From NCBI GenBank assembly GCA_038087875.1, contig CM075994.1, positions 4,776,001 to 4,840,000 on the forward strand: a DNA stretch of 64,000 bases, in the 5' to 3' direction. This DNA comes from Malacoraja senta (lineage: Eukaryota). Shown here in pieces: positions 39,246 to 53,292 of this stretch; positions within the stretch are counted from its first letter, which is position 1; every line of letters starts with the position of its first letter. The translations under genes and the position numbers were made by a program. Below the pieces are notes generated by a model. That model was given only the letters and a program-made list of their open reading frames with translations, searched no databases and was not told the origin of the DNA.

Positions 39246-41292
39246 TGTTTGGTCATATTCCCACTGCGGCTAAATCTCCAAAAAATAGCGATACTGGTTT
39301 GATGGCGGTTTATGTTCAGTTAAACCGCCAGAAAGCCTCATTGGGTACATTTCAAACATACCTTACATTTCCAACGTACACACCTCGTCATTCAACAGAA
39401 CAATTTGACAAGTGTATGGTCAATAAATGCACCCTCCTTTGTGGTCACATTATGCTTCAAATAACAAAGTACAAGACGATGAAGCTTTAGTTTCTGTATA
39501 TATTGGTCAATGTGCTGCTCAATAGTTATTGCACTCTAGTTGGAAGATTCCACAATTTTCAGTAAAATAAAAGAGAACCAATTTCTCATTATCGGGATCT
39601 AACTTCTTTAAAACCAACGTTGTTTTATTTATCACTTACAATGTGAACACATTTAACATGTTTGCCGGTAAAATGGACATTTATTTTACTTCGTTCTGCA
39701 AGTCGTCCAACCACTTAGAACATCATGAACATAGCACAGAGATGGTTTCGATAATGCAAAGCACGTTTTACATCGTAGTGCCAAAGATGTATAATAAAAG
39801 AGTGTTACTAGCACATATAAAATAAAACAAATTAATGCAGTTGAAGTAAACAATGTTTTTTTTTCCCTTCAGCGCCGATACTTTTGTTTGAGCGTTAAGG
39901 GCAACGGGATTAGATGTGATCTGCAATTAAAAATAAGCAACTTTAGGCACAACGTAAATGCTAATATTGATAATTAATCTTTAAAAACATAATCCTTTGA
40001 AATACTGCAAAACTGCAGAATTTGTATTTGATTTTCTTTTCCTTTGAAAAATCATTCCGAACCAGCCAGCAGCTACGTTTCTTCAACCATGTTGTTATTT
40101 TGGCCATTCATAATCGACCCCGGAAATCGTCACGGTTTTGGTCACTCAGAAATTAAAATTGCGGCGGCAAGGGCTATGCGTTAGATAGGCCTCGAAATGC
40201 CGTGAACGCTCAGTAATACTGGAGCATATTAAATTATCCACGAAAGGTCTTCTGTGGTAATTTGGGCGCAAATTACGAAGCGTTTCACGAATGGTTTATT
40301 CTCTAACGACAAGACATAGCGATAAGTTTGTCGAGAGGTAATTTAAACACGCTACGCAAAGGTAACACGTCATGTACGGAATAATAAATGTCTTGTATTC
40401 GCTACCCATGGCGTTGCGGAATCTACTTTGTTGTGCGTGGATATAAAACGAAGTCATATATTTTTGGAAAGATGTTGGGGTTGTGAGCTCTGGGAAACTG
40501 ACGCAGAGAACTAGAAGAAGACGGGCAGATCAGCATGCTGACCCTCGTATGTACACACGTTCACAAATTTAACAAGTTGAATTAGGCCAATCGGCCCAGC
40601 GAGTATTCTCCGACATTCAGTCATGGCTGATCTCTAGCTTAAAATCCCAGTATCTTGCCTTCTCCCCATGACACGTGACACCCGTTGGGATCGAAGGACG
40701 AAAGTCTTAAGGGGTCGATGGGCATCTTAGTCCATTTGCTCCTTGATGCTTCGAATTTCGACTTGAAGCGAAGCTTTGTGAGGGACGTTGCTATGCTAAA
40801 TTCAACGCAGTTAATTTATTTTCCAAGCTTTGCCTTCGAAATTCTTCCAGAAGATTGCAATTCAGTTGTTTCTCAATTGATTCTGAATGGGAATTAACTG
40901 TTTTGCAGAACATAATAAAGTCAAAGTTTGCATATTACAATAATTTAGTGTATATCAGTGGTTATATCAACAATTCGACAAGACATCATCAGTGTTACGG
41001 TGTCTGAATTATTTGTGGAAAATTTGTCATCATTTTCGTGCTGTAATATTTGCTGTAATATGAGATACATGCCGGTTGCAACTACGCTTTTCGTCGGGCA
41101 TTGCAAAATTCTTCATTTATTCCATAATGAAAAAAAATTGAACTGGATTATGCACTATCTTATACATGTATGTATTTCCCCTTGCTTCCTTTATTCCTGA
41201 ATTTCTTCTTAATGATCATCGTCATTCTTCTCTGTTTCCATAACTATCCCCGTATATCTGTTTTTTATGAGATGCATTTCGGTACATTGGAA

Positions 41293-43217
41293 GGTACCCG
41301 GACATGGCGCAGGCGGACGTGAAGCCGAAGCAAAGAAGTAGAAGACAAATAGCCGTTGGAAACGAAGCCGAAACGCCTAACAACCGAATGTAATCGAAGC
41401 CGAAGCGCCAACTAACCGAAAGAGTGGGACGCCTAAATGCAAAATAACCGAAAGGGCGGTACGCCTAAAAGCCAACTAACCGAAAGGCTGCGTCGCCTAA
41501 TTCCAAACTCACCGTATGGACGCTCTGCCGAAACGCCGCCTACCCGAAAGGCGGCGTCGCTTACAAGCCAACGAACCGAATGAAGCTCAATAGGAAATAA
41601 CGGGCATGACGTTGCCGGGGGGCGGGACTTGTCAGCGATTGTTCCAGACCCCCGTGTCCATCACATCACTGCGGAGGGATGAACATTATCCCACACCTCC
41701 GTTCCGCCCAACCCACAGCCCGCGGAGAGTGACCGTGGGAGAGTGGGGGCTGTCCCGAGGGTTGTGCTCGGGTTCAGATTGCCCTGTCACCTACGGCTTG
41801 TGTGGGAAAATGCTCCCAACCTTTCACCGGTGGAAACGGGAATGTGCGGGTAATTTTCCCACACAAGCTATAGGGGACTGGGCAATCTGAACCCGAGCAC
41901 TAAGTTGTAAGCGGACGAAGGAGCGCCACTATCGGGATAACCACCACTCTCCCACGGCCACGAACTCCCTCCGCCTCATCTCCCCCATGCGGCCGCATTG
42001 TGACGGGCTGTTTGTCGGATAGTACCCGACACATCAGACCGTATGGGACGATTCGGCCCCCACAACCCCCATACCAGGGCGACCATCGGACACTGACACC
42101 CACGCCGGTGATTCACCCCAACCCTGGTCGCGGGGACAGACGGCTCGGGGCATAATAACTCGCTTTTAAAACATGGGGACTCGGGAATCTGAAAACGAGA
42201 ACCAAGTTGTAAGCGGTCGAACGAGCGCAACCCTCTGGGGAGGGGGGACTGGGAGGAGATAAAATTGTTCGTCTTCATGTACACTTGTCATCGGCCCGCC
42301 AGCGAATGTGTTTGTCACCACATTCATTAACAGCGATTTAATATGCCCCTATCCGTCTGTCCACGCGACGGGGTGGGCTTGAATCACCCTGTGTGGGTGT
42401 CAAGGCCTGGGGATCTGGGGGGGGGTGGAGAATCACCCTGGTATGGGGGTTGGGGTCCGATGGCGGTGCATCGCGGTCAGAGATGCTGGATGGGCGGAGG
42501 GACCAGCCTGTCCCACACCTCTGCTCCACCCGACCCACACCCCGCCACAGTGCGGCCACACGGGGGAGATGAGGCGGCCGTCTACAACTTGCTGTTCGGT
42601 TTCAGATTGCCCAGTCACCTATGGCTTGTGTGCGGAAATGAATTCCACATTCCCGTCTCCACCGGCGGGAGGTTGAGGGTCAATTTCCCACACAAGCCAT
42701 AGGCGACGTGGCAATCTGAATCCAAGCGCCAAGTTGTAAGCGGCCGAAGGTGCGCATCCATCGGGACAGTTCCAACACTCCGCGGCCACCCCCCGCGGGC
42801 TGTGTGTCGGGTGGAGCGGAGGTGTGGGACAATGTTCATCCATCCACGGTGATGTGATGGACGCGGGGGTCTGTACCAATCGTTAACAAGTTCCGCCCGC
42901 CGGCTACGTCATGTCCGTTATTTGACTTATCTGTTGAGCGGCATTCGGATCGTTGGCTTGTAGGCGACGCCGCCTTTCGGGTAGGTGGCGTTTCGGCAGA
43001 GTTTGCTTTTAGGCGACGCAGCCTTTCATTTGGTTGGCTTTTAAGCGTCCCGCACTTTCGGTTAGTTTGCATTTAGGCGTCCCTCCCTTTCGGTTAGTTG
43101 GCGTTTCGGCTACGTTTCCATTCGTTTAATTAGAGTTTCGGCTTCGTTTCCATTCGGTTATTTTGATTCCATTTTATTGCTTCGGCTTCTCGTCCGTCGG
43201 CGCCACGTCCGCACACG
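41293..43217. mobile_element. Non-autonomous foldback / MULE-like DNA element
   Basis: Imperfect inverted arms of ~800 bp with short ccgaa sub-repeats; 9-bp TSD acattggaa (41284-41292) / acgttggaa (43218-43226); no transposase. Confidence 0.8.
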
Positions 43218-43419
43218 ACGTTGGAAATATTCTCCCGCAGAAACAAAATCCGCCAAAAGTTCAGTTGATTATTGACGCGCGCATCGAGGTGTAAAGTTGT
43301 AGATGTCATGCTATCTATTCAAACATAATAGTATACATGAATACAATCAGGTCGTCCGCGGTGTATAAGTAAAGGATAAATGGTGCATCATTTCGTGCAC
43401 GATATACCACTAAGCTCCG

Positions 43420-43745
43420 TTCAAGGCAGATTATGAATGTTTCGAATATCTCCTATGAGGTAGATGGGCTCAGGACCACACTCTCGCTGCCGAATTGAGC
43501 ATTCAGTTGCCTGATAACAACTGGAGTAAAACTGTGCGTGAATCTGGGCTTATGCTTGTTCAAACCTCTGTACATCCTGTCTGGTGGGAGAGAGAAGAAG
43601 AGGGAGTGACTGGGGTGAGACGTCCTGATGCTGGCGGCCTTCTTGATCAGTGTAAAGTATAGCTCGAGTAAATGGAAGCTTGACTGGTAGTTTGTGTGGT
43701 GATCTGGACTACGTCTATAATTCTCCGCAATTTCGCATTGGAAAA
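43420..43745 (-). mobile_element. Old Rex1/Babar/L2-like LINE 3' fragment
   Basis: Reverse complement resembles the ...HSLF..P....Y...F.P.VIR.LN C-terminus of the other Rex-like copies. Confidence 0.5.
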
Positions 43746-43980
43746 AAGCTGATCCCTAAGCTGCAAAAGGAATATAACATACAATAAATTTTATACATTT
43801 TAACATACAATTAATTTTATACATATATAACATACATTTTACCAGCTTGGTTTTTCACGTTCCTCTGTTGTGGCAAAGACATCGAACATACAAACGTTAT
43901 TGAGCAATATCTGCAATTTGTGGAAAAAAAGTTGTAGAAACATTTACAAGCTATTATGGTTATAATGTGTGCCATCTACA

Positions 43981-46900
43981 AAGATGGCGGTGCACGCGAG
44001 TGCAGCGGCTCTATGCTCTCTACTCTGGTGTATCTGTGTGTTTTGTTTTTGCCTGCGTTTTTTAATCTGTGTGAAGCAGACTATTTGTATTGTCGACAAA
44101 ATTTAATCAGCATCGGACAATTGTTATAGAATTTGATCTTGAACGTTTTCTACCGCATTTGTTTGAAAACTCTGATTTTTTTGTCACCTTGACTGTTAAG
44201 ATGGCGGCGCGCGCTAGTGCAGTGGCTCTATGCTCTATCTGTTTGTTTTTGTCTGCTTTTTAAAACCTGGGTGAGGCAGACTATGTGTATAGTCGATAGT
44301 ACTTAATCAACATTGGACTACGCCACAATTTAGGCATCACAAGTGACTTTCAGAGGCCTTACAACATAGAGGAGGACATCGCTAGACCACCGGAGTCAAC
44401 GTGGATTGTGAGTTGGACCGGCAGGCGACGTAGACGGCGAAGAGAGAGGAAGCAGAAGCGAGGATACCGGTAAGGATTACTGGCTAGGCTGGGGAAACAA
44501 CCACACAAAGCTCCGCTTCCGAGTATCTTCCTCACAAACGCCCAATCAGTCACGCACAAAATGGAGGAATTGGAGCTGCTGATCGCTTCTAACTCCACCG
44601 TCTGGACCTGCTGCGTGATGATCATAACCGAAAGCTGCTTACACCCATTATTCCCTGACGCCGCAGTACAACTAGCAGGCCGCACTAGCTACAGGCAGGA
44701 CAGAAGCAAGGAGTCGGGTAAGAGCAGAGGAGGGGAGCTATGTGTATATCTACACAATGACTGATGTGCCAACAGCAAGATTGTTGCCCAATACTGTTGT
44801 CCTGATCTTGAAGTCCTCTCATTTTTATGTAGACCCTTCTATTTACCACGGGAGCTGAGAGTAGTGATCGTCACTGCTGTTTAAATCCCTCCCGATGCTA
44901 ATATTAGCATTACTCTCGGCTACTTACAAGCCGAGAGTAATGCTAATTGTAAACAAACAGCAGCTATCCCACCCTGACGGTGCACACATCATAGCAGGGG
45001 ATTTTAACTAAGCAAGTTTTGAAACAGTACTCCCCAACTTCTACCAGCATGTGAACTGTGCAACAAGGGGGAAAACACTTTAGACCATGTTTACTCAAAC
45101 ATCCAACATGCTTAACGAACTGCAACTCTCCCTCACCTCGGCCAGTCAGACCACCTCTCACTGCTCCTGTTTCCTGCATACACCCCCTTCAGAAGAACAA
45201 CAGAACCAAGTAACACAACCATCACAACTTGGCCCGAAGGGGCTCTATCCCAGCTGCAGGACTGCTTAGATCACACAGAATGTGATTTATTCGATCAAGG
45301 GGACCTGGAGGAATACACAGAAACTGTGATTTTTTTACATTAATAGCTGCACTGACAATGTCACAGTCAATAAACGCATCCAGATGTTTCCCATCCAGAA
45401 ACCATGGATGACGAGGGACGTCCAAATGCTCCATAAAAACCGCAACACCGCCTTGAGGTCAGGTGACCAAACACGGTACAGCAGCGCGAGAGCCGACCGG
45501 AAGGGTGGCATAAAGGTGGCCAAGGTGGCCTACAAGAGGAGGATCGAGGACGGCTGTCACACAACGACCCACGGAGAGTGTGGCAAGGCTTGCAGCACAT
45601 AATCAACTATTAAGGCAATACAAACAGCACTGTAAATGCCGACGCGGAGGAGCTTAACCGTTTCTTCGCCAGGTTTGCGGCTAACAGGCCTGCTACAGAC
45701 TCACTGCCTCCACGCGCCTCTAACACCCACACACTCACACTACAGGAACAGGATGTGAGACGTGTGTTGTGGTCAGTAAATCCAAGTAAGACTGCTGGAC
45801 CTGACGCAGTACTGAGTAAAGTACTCCGGGCATTTGCTGACCAACTCGGTGGGGTCTTCATAAAAAAAAACGTAACATCTCCCTGTCACAAGCTATCATA
45901 CCGCCCTGCTTAAAGTCAGCCAGAATCATTCCTATTCCAAAATAGGTCAGTCCCTGAGGATTTGAATGACTATAGACCGATTGCACATACACCAGTGATT
46001 ATAAAGTGCTTCGAGAAACTAGTCATGCATCACATCAGAACCAGCCTATCTGCCTCCTTCGACCCACATCAGTATGCTTACAGAGATAACAGATCAACTA
46101 AGGACACCATCGCCATGGCAACTCACACCGCACTGAGCAATTTGGAACATCGGGAAAGCTACGTGAGGATGTTATTCATTGATTATCGCTCAGCATTCAA
46201 TACAATAATGCCGGACATTGACCTATACCACTCGTCCCCCATCTGCACATGGATCAAATGACTTTTCACAAACCGCCCACAGAGAGATAAAACCGCCCCC
46301 CACTGCTCCTCCTCCATCACACTCAGCACTGGTGCACCTCAAGGCTGCGTGCTGAGTCCACTCCTTTACTCCTTATACACCTATGACTGCACACCCGCCC
46401 ACCTTTCTAACACCATAATTAAATTTGCCGATGACACAACTGTCGTCGGGCTCATCTCAAGGGGGTGGGACGAGTCAGCATTCAGGGACGAGAAACAGCG
46501 ACTGTCAGAGTGGTGTTCAGTAAACAACCTGACATTGAACACAACCAAGACAAAGGAGCTAATACTGGACTTCAGGAGGAAACGGGACGCGGAACCGGCC
46601 ACGCTCTGCATCAACGTGGCATGTGTGGAAACGGTGCAAACTTTCAAATTCCTTGGAGACCTCATATCCGAGGACCTCTCCTGCCTGGCCAATACCACTG
46701 CAACCGTCAAGAGAGCACAACAGAGGCTCCAGTTCCTGAGAGTGCTCAGGAGGCAGAACACCAAGAACAAGCTGTTGGTGGCCGACTGCCCGGCGACCAT
46801 TGAGAATCTACTGACATATTGCATGTCAGTGTGGTATGCAGGCTGCTCTGATGCAGATGCGAAAGCGCTCCAAAGAGTGGTAAAAACAGCATAGTGAATC

Positions 46901-47353
46901 ACCGGCTCCGCACTGCCCTCTCTGGAGGATATTGCCGCCTCACGCTTCCTCCGCAGAGCCACTAAAATCATCAAATACTCCACACAACCTGGTCACCACC
47001 TTTTTGAACTGTTGCCATCTGGCAGGCGTTACAGGTCAGCCAAAACACGCACCTCCAGACTCAGAGACAAATTCTTCCCCAAAGCAATCTTCACTCACAA
47101 CATGAAGAAACACTGAGTATTATTCATGCTGCACTCTTCCATGCTGCTACCCACCTTGAATTGTCATTATCACCATGTACAGTACTGATTACTTACTGAT
47201 TTGAATACCTAGTTTTTAAAATTGTTTTTAAATTGTGTCCTGTGTTTTTATGTTTGTATATTATGCACCAATGGAGTGGCAACAACAATTTCGTTGTATG
47301 CAGAGCTTAAAACGACACATAAAGGCATGTCATTTGTTTCATTTCATTTCATT
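43981..47353 (+). mobile_element. Full-length decayed Rex1/Babar-type LINE (single EN-RT ORF)
   Basis: 5' aagatggcgg; EN motifs LPSIFLTNAQS, IITESCL, IAGDFN; RT NDYRPIA...KCFEKLV, DPHQYAYR, FIDYRSAFNTI, PQGCVLSPLLYSLYT, KFADDTTVVGLI; (cattt)n tail; many stops. Confidence 0.9.
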
Positions 47354-47604
47354 ATGTGCACAAATTATCATTCCAACGCATGCTTCTAATGTAGTTGTCA
47401 ACGTTCAATTTCAGATGCGAACCTCCAAGTGCATTCGGGACGTACATAGCAAAATTCTGTGCCAATTAATTGTTCGCCGTTATTTACACGCTGAAAGCGC
47501 CAACAATACTAATAGTGCCACAGATGACCCACGTCTTTACCAAGGCATGTTAATGCTTTCATTTATTCTACTACATTGTGCTGAGAGGATTTTATCACTC
47601 CTGA

Positions 47605-47855
47605 GTTCTAAGGGTGGTGAATCTGTGGAATTATTTGCAAGAGAAGGCGTTGGAGGCAAATCAGTGGATATATTTTAAAGCAGAGATACATACATAATGC
47701 AAATTCTTCATTAGTACTGGTGTCAGATGTAATGGGGAGAAGGCAGAATCATGGGATTAGGAGGGAGAGATCAATTAGCCATGATTGAATGGCGAAGTAC
47801 TTGATGTGCCGAATGGCCTAATTCTACTCCTATCACTTATGATCTTATGATCATA
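47605..47855 (+). mobile_element. CR1 3' fragment
   Basis: gggtggtgaatctgtggaatt...ggggagaaggcag...gccgaatggcctaattc; tail cttatgatcttatgatc. Confidence 0.75.
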
Positions 47856-49334
47856 GATTTCGATTGCTTGACACGTTTCTTGTTGTTAGATTGTCTTACA
47901 TAGTAACGTTGTTATAGATATTGGATCATGTTCCTTTTTTTCAGTGCGGTTATTTCTCTGATGATTCGATATTTCATTCAAAGTTATTGGCACATTTATT
48001 TCACTGTCTAAAGAAAGGTTACAGGATTCGGCAACACATCTCTTGCTTTTGACGAGCAAAGTCGCCACAGCAGGTACGTATCACAACCCCAGCTGTCTAT
48101 TTTTGGTGCGTTTCAATAAATCTATCGGGTGAATAAAATATTGTCAATTTTTTTTTTAATTTAACTGCTTATCTCATCCCTATGCCTTATTTTTGCGCAG
48201 GCATTCTGAGCAATGACATGGAAAGCGATAACTTTGACATGTCCAAATAAGATAATGTTGATTTTAATTTTACACATCTTTTGTTAAATTTGTCTGTGCT
48301 AGATAATTCCAACGATTCACTAACTTCTGCCGCAAGAGATTTATTTTAATCATAATGTAAAATACAAACCGCTTTCCCAGCAGAGTGGCTGTTGGATAAG
48401 TACACTTTCCACATGCGAATCATTTTTCCATCCAACATCTGAATCCCTGTAATAGTTTTGAACTTTCAGGGGACTTCTTGTCATTCCTGCAAATCTAGAG
48501 AATAAAAGCCAATCCGGCTTGATTGGCACCTCAAAGTTCAGATGTACCGTTCCTTCGACGAACGGGTAATCCACCCCTCCCTTAGTAATGTATTTCCATT
48601 CTTATTTATGGAGGGCAAGCATGTACACATTATTCCGTGCGCCGTCTTCTTACCAGTGCCCTACGGTGTTCTCTTTGAACACATTTATATTCCGACTGGT
48701 CTGATCATAATAAAGGCCTCAATACTACTGCATTTACGTTCCCAATTAAGCATGGGCATTGATGATTTGTGCACGTAATCTAGGTTTGCTTCAACTTCCA
48801 AATTACCCAATCGCTCACCCATTACAATAGTCGTCGGCGTATTTAGCAGTTTTTGTGTCTTTTTTAGTTCTTATCCAAATGGTGTTGCAATTATTATGTT
48901 CTTGCCCGCTCATCCCGCTAGATTAAAAAAAAGTCAAGATAACCGCGAAAAGGGAAATTAACATTTGCAATAATGAAATAAATAAAGTTAAATCCTCACT
49001 TTGTTGACCTGTCACAGACTGCGCAACCAAAATCCCGACGCATCTTCGGCTGTTATTTACGTTTGTTTCTACTTTACTTGGGAGCTTCAGTGTGAAATAT
49101 AATGGACGATTATCCTAAGATACTTCTGAGAAGTGTATAGTAAATTTGAAAACAACGACAGAGAGCTGCATTGTAATAAATTGATAGGTGCAATGACTTA
49201 CTAATAATATTTCGAAGCCTTTCCAGTTCTGCAAAATAAAGATTAATTTCAAAATAGGAAAGCTATCTACTGAACTGTTCAGTACTTCGAAATCTCTTTC
49301 AACAGGGACTGCATTTTGTTGCCTGCGTGTAACC

Positions 49335-52300
49335 CTACACGGGTGGTTTTGAACTGAATAAGGGGGGTGGGGTGTCAAATGGGAAAGTCGAGGAGGAGTT
49401 AAAGGGAAAGCAAGTAAAGGGGTGGTTAATGACCCCAGAATTAACGGGAAAGGAAGCTCACAAAGAGATAGGAGAGTATGGCCAAGTTTAATAGGGATCG
49501 ATGTGAAAGGTGAGATGCGTAATGAATTAAAAGTATTGTATAATAATGCGCGAAGTATAAGATGTAAAGTAGATGTGCTTGATGCTCATATCGAGGTTGG
49601 TAGATAAGACATTGTGGGGATTACTGAGACGTGGCTGCAAGAGGATGGGGCCTGGGAACTTAATATTCAGGGTATTACACCCTATAGAAAGGATATGCAG
49701 GTTGGCAGAGGAGGGCGGGTAGCTCTGCTGATGAGAGATGGAATTCAGTCCCTTGCGAGGGAAGGTAAAGGGACTGACGAGGTCACTGTGGATTGAGTTG
49801 AGGAATTGCAAAGGCAAGAAGACACTAATTGGTGTTATTTACAGATCCCCAAACAGTAGCCCGGATGTAGGTTGTAAGTTGCAGCAGGAGTTAAAACTGG
49901 CATGTAACAAAGGTGATGCCTCTGTGGTGATGGGGAATTTCAGTATGCAGGTAGACGGGGACAATCAGGTTGGTGCAGGACCCCAAGAAAGAGAGTTTGT
50001 AGAATGCCTCCGAGCTGGATTATTAGAACAGTTTGTAATGGAGCCGACCAGGGAAAAGGCAATTCTGGATTTAGTGTTGTCCATGAACCAGATATGATAA
50101 GAGAACTCGAGGTAAATGAACCGCTTGGAAGTAGTGATCATAATATTGCAATTTGAGAATGAGAAGGTTAAATCGGAAGTGGCAGTGATGCAGTTGAACA
50201 AAGGGGACTATGAAGGCATGAGAGGGGAGCTGGCCCATGTAGATTGAAAAGGGGTCCTAGCAGGAATGACGGTGGAACAGCAATGGTAGGAATTCCTGGG
50301 CATAATCCGGAAGACGCAGGATCAATTCATTCCAAAAAGGAAGACAGATTATAAGGGGAGTAGGAGGCAACCGTGGCTGCCAAGAAAAGTTAGGGATATA
50401 ATAAAACTAAAAGAAAAGATATATAACACAGCAAAGAGTAGCCGGAAGCCAGAGGATTGGGAAACGTTCATAGGACAACAGAAGGAAACAAAACGGGCAA
50501 TACCGGCTGAAAAATGAAGTATGAAGAGAAGCTGGACAGGAATATAAAGAAGGACAGTAAAAGCTTCTTTAGATATGTTAAGGGAAAAATAGTAGCAAAG
50601 TCAAATGTGGGTCCCTTGAAGGCAGACACGAGTGAAATTATTATGGGCAACAAGGAAATGACAGAAGAGTTGAATATGTACTTCGGATCTGTCTTCACTA
50701 AGGAAGACACAAACACTCTCCCAGATGTACTGGAGGACAGAGGATCTAAGGGGGTAGAGGATCTGAAAGAAATGTACATTGGGCGAGAAATAGTATTGGG
50801 TAGGCTAATGGGACTGAAGGATGATACATCCCCTGGGCCTGATGGTCTGCATCCCAGGGTCCTCAGGAAGGTGGCTCTAGAAATAGTGGACGCATTGGTG
50901 GTCATTTTCCAATGTTCAATAGATTCAGGATCAGTCCCTGTGCATTGGAGGATAGCTAATGTTATCCCACTTATCAAGAAAGGAGCGAGTGAGAAAACGG
51001 GGACTTACAGACAAGTTAGCCTGACTTCGGTGGTGGGAAAGATGCTGTAGTCAATTATTAAAGAGGTAATAATGGGCATTTGGATAGCAATAATAGGATT
51101 AGTCCAAGTCAACATAGATTTATGAAAGGGAAATCATGCTTGACCAATCTACTTGAATTTTTTGAGGATGTGACAAGTAAAATGGATCAAGGGGTGCCAG
51201 TGGATGTAATGTATCTAGACTTTCATAAAGCCTTTGATAAGGTCCCGCACGGGAGACTGGTGACTAAAATTAGAGCTCATGGTATTGGGGGTAGTGTGTT
51301 GACATGGATAGAATAGTGGTTGGCAGACCAGAAGCAAATAGTTGGAATGAACGGGTCATTTTCAGAATGGCAGGCAGTGGCGAGTGGAGTGCCGCAAGGC
51401 TCGGTGTTGGTGCCGCAAATGTTTACCATATATATTAATGATTTGGAAGAGGGAATTGGGAGAAACAATAGCAAGTTTGCGGATGACACAAAGCTGAGTG
51501 GAAGTGTGAACTGTGAAGAGGATGTTAGGAGTTTGCAGGGTGACCTGGACAGGTTTAGTGAGTGGGCAGATGCGTGGCAGATGCATTATAATACATATAA
51601 ATGTGAGGTTATCCTCTTTGGCGGCAAAAACAAGGGTGCAGATTATTATCTCAATGGGGTTAGGTTAGGTAAGGGATAGGTTCAGCGAGACTTGGGTGTC
51701 CTTGTACACCGGTCACTGAAAGTTGGCGAGCCAGTACAGCAGGCAGTGAAGAAAGCTAATGGAATGTTGGCCTTCATAACAAGAGGATTTCAGTATAGGA
51801 GTAAAGAGCTTCTTCCGCAGTTGTATAGGGCTCTGGTGAGGCCACATCTAGAGTATTGTGTACAGTTTTGGTCTCCTAATTTGATGAAGGACATCCTTGT
51901 GATTTAGGCAGTGCAGCGTAGGTTCACGAGATTGATCCCTGGGATGGGGGGACTGTCATATTTGGAAAGATTGAAAAGACTAGGCTTGCATTCACTGGAG
52001 TTTAGAAGGATGAGGGGGATCTTATATAAACATATGCAATTATAAAAGGACTGGACAAGCTAGATGCAGGAAAAATGTTCCCAATGTTGGGCGAATCCAG
52101 AACCAAGGGCCACAGTCTTAGAATAAAGGGGAGGTCATTTAAGACTGAGGTGAGAAAACAAAATTCACCCAGAGAGTTGTGGATTTATGGAATTCCCTGC
52201 CACAGAGGGCAGTGGAGGCCAAATCACTGGATGGATTTAAGAGAGAGTTAGATAGAGCTGTAGGGGCTAGTGGGGTCAAGGGATACGGGGAGAAGGCAGG

Positions 52301-52412
52301 CACGGGTTATTGATAGGGGACGATCAGCCATGATCACAATGAATGGTGGTTCTGGCTCGAAGGGCCAAATGGCCTCCTCCTGCACCTATTTTCTATGTTT
52401 CTATGTTTCTAT
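49335..52412 (+). mobile_element. CR1 LINE with complete but stop-disrupted ORF2
   Basis: LYNNARSIR, GITETWL, GVIYRSP, SPGPDGLHPRVL, YLDFHKAFDKVPH, GVPQGSVL, SKFADDTKL; (tttctatg)x3 tail. Confidence 0.93.
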
Positions 52413-53059
52413 GTAACCGAATCTCAGTAGCAACCGAATGTTGCTCGTTTATTTGTCTGCAAGACAATATAATGAGCACAATAGGGAGATACAAATGTAT
52501 AGCCTGCTTTATCATTACTACCAATCGATAAACTTTGTATCGAACGATCATTCTTCTTTGGTTATTAAATCACGAGTAAATAAGCAGTGTGGTTTCAACT
52601 TTAGTTCATAAGGATTTTCATCGCATATCAGCGCAGTATAGTATAGACGTACAATCTGTATTTTCACGGGTGTTTTATGGAATCTTTATTTGCGTGAAGA
52701 GTATGTCTTTCAATGTTTATCATATACAGTACAGTACTCGCGTTACCTGAACATGATAGTCAACGATAATCTGTTTTCGATTATGTAATCCGTTTAACAT
52801 ATGTATTTGAAATTAAAATAGAAAACAAGAAATGCTTTACCTTCATCCTTCCGCTGAACCAAGGCCTCTGAAAATCGAAAGAGCATGACAAATTACGTAC
52901 CTAACTGTGATGGAAGGCAATCAATTCTAATAATACGACGCATTCACCGTTTTAACGTCATTTTCAGCTTCGCTCGATTATGACAGGGACTCCTGCTTCA
53001 AATAAGCCCTCGTTCAGCACCTGCATGTCGAGACATTCTATGCCATTCAAAAAGTCACG

Positions 53060-53292
53060 AGGTCATAAGTGATAAGTGGAATTATGCCATTTGGCCGGTC
53101 AAATTTATGTCATTCAATTATGGCTGATCTAGGTCTCACTCCAAACCTTTCCTCCCTTTCACCTATAACCTCTGACCACTGTACAAACCAAAAATATATG
53201 CATCTCTGCCTTAAAAAAATATCCAATGACTAGGCCTCTACAGCCTTTTGTGGCGAAGTATTCCACAGATTCATCACCCTCTGACTAAATAA
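53060..53292 (-). mobile_element. CR1 3' fragment, degenerate
   Basis: Resembles the reverse complement of 47605-47855. Confidence 0.6.

Noticed and set aside
40380..40550. TATAAAA at ~40442 in a CpG-containing stretch
   Set aside because: No downstream gene or other promoter evidence.
48350..48920. Minus-strand ORF (DYPFVEGTVHLNFEVPIKPDWLLFSRF...) with an upstream acceptor-like site
   Set aside because: Stops upstream in all frames and no recognisable family; kept only as a BLASTX target.
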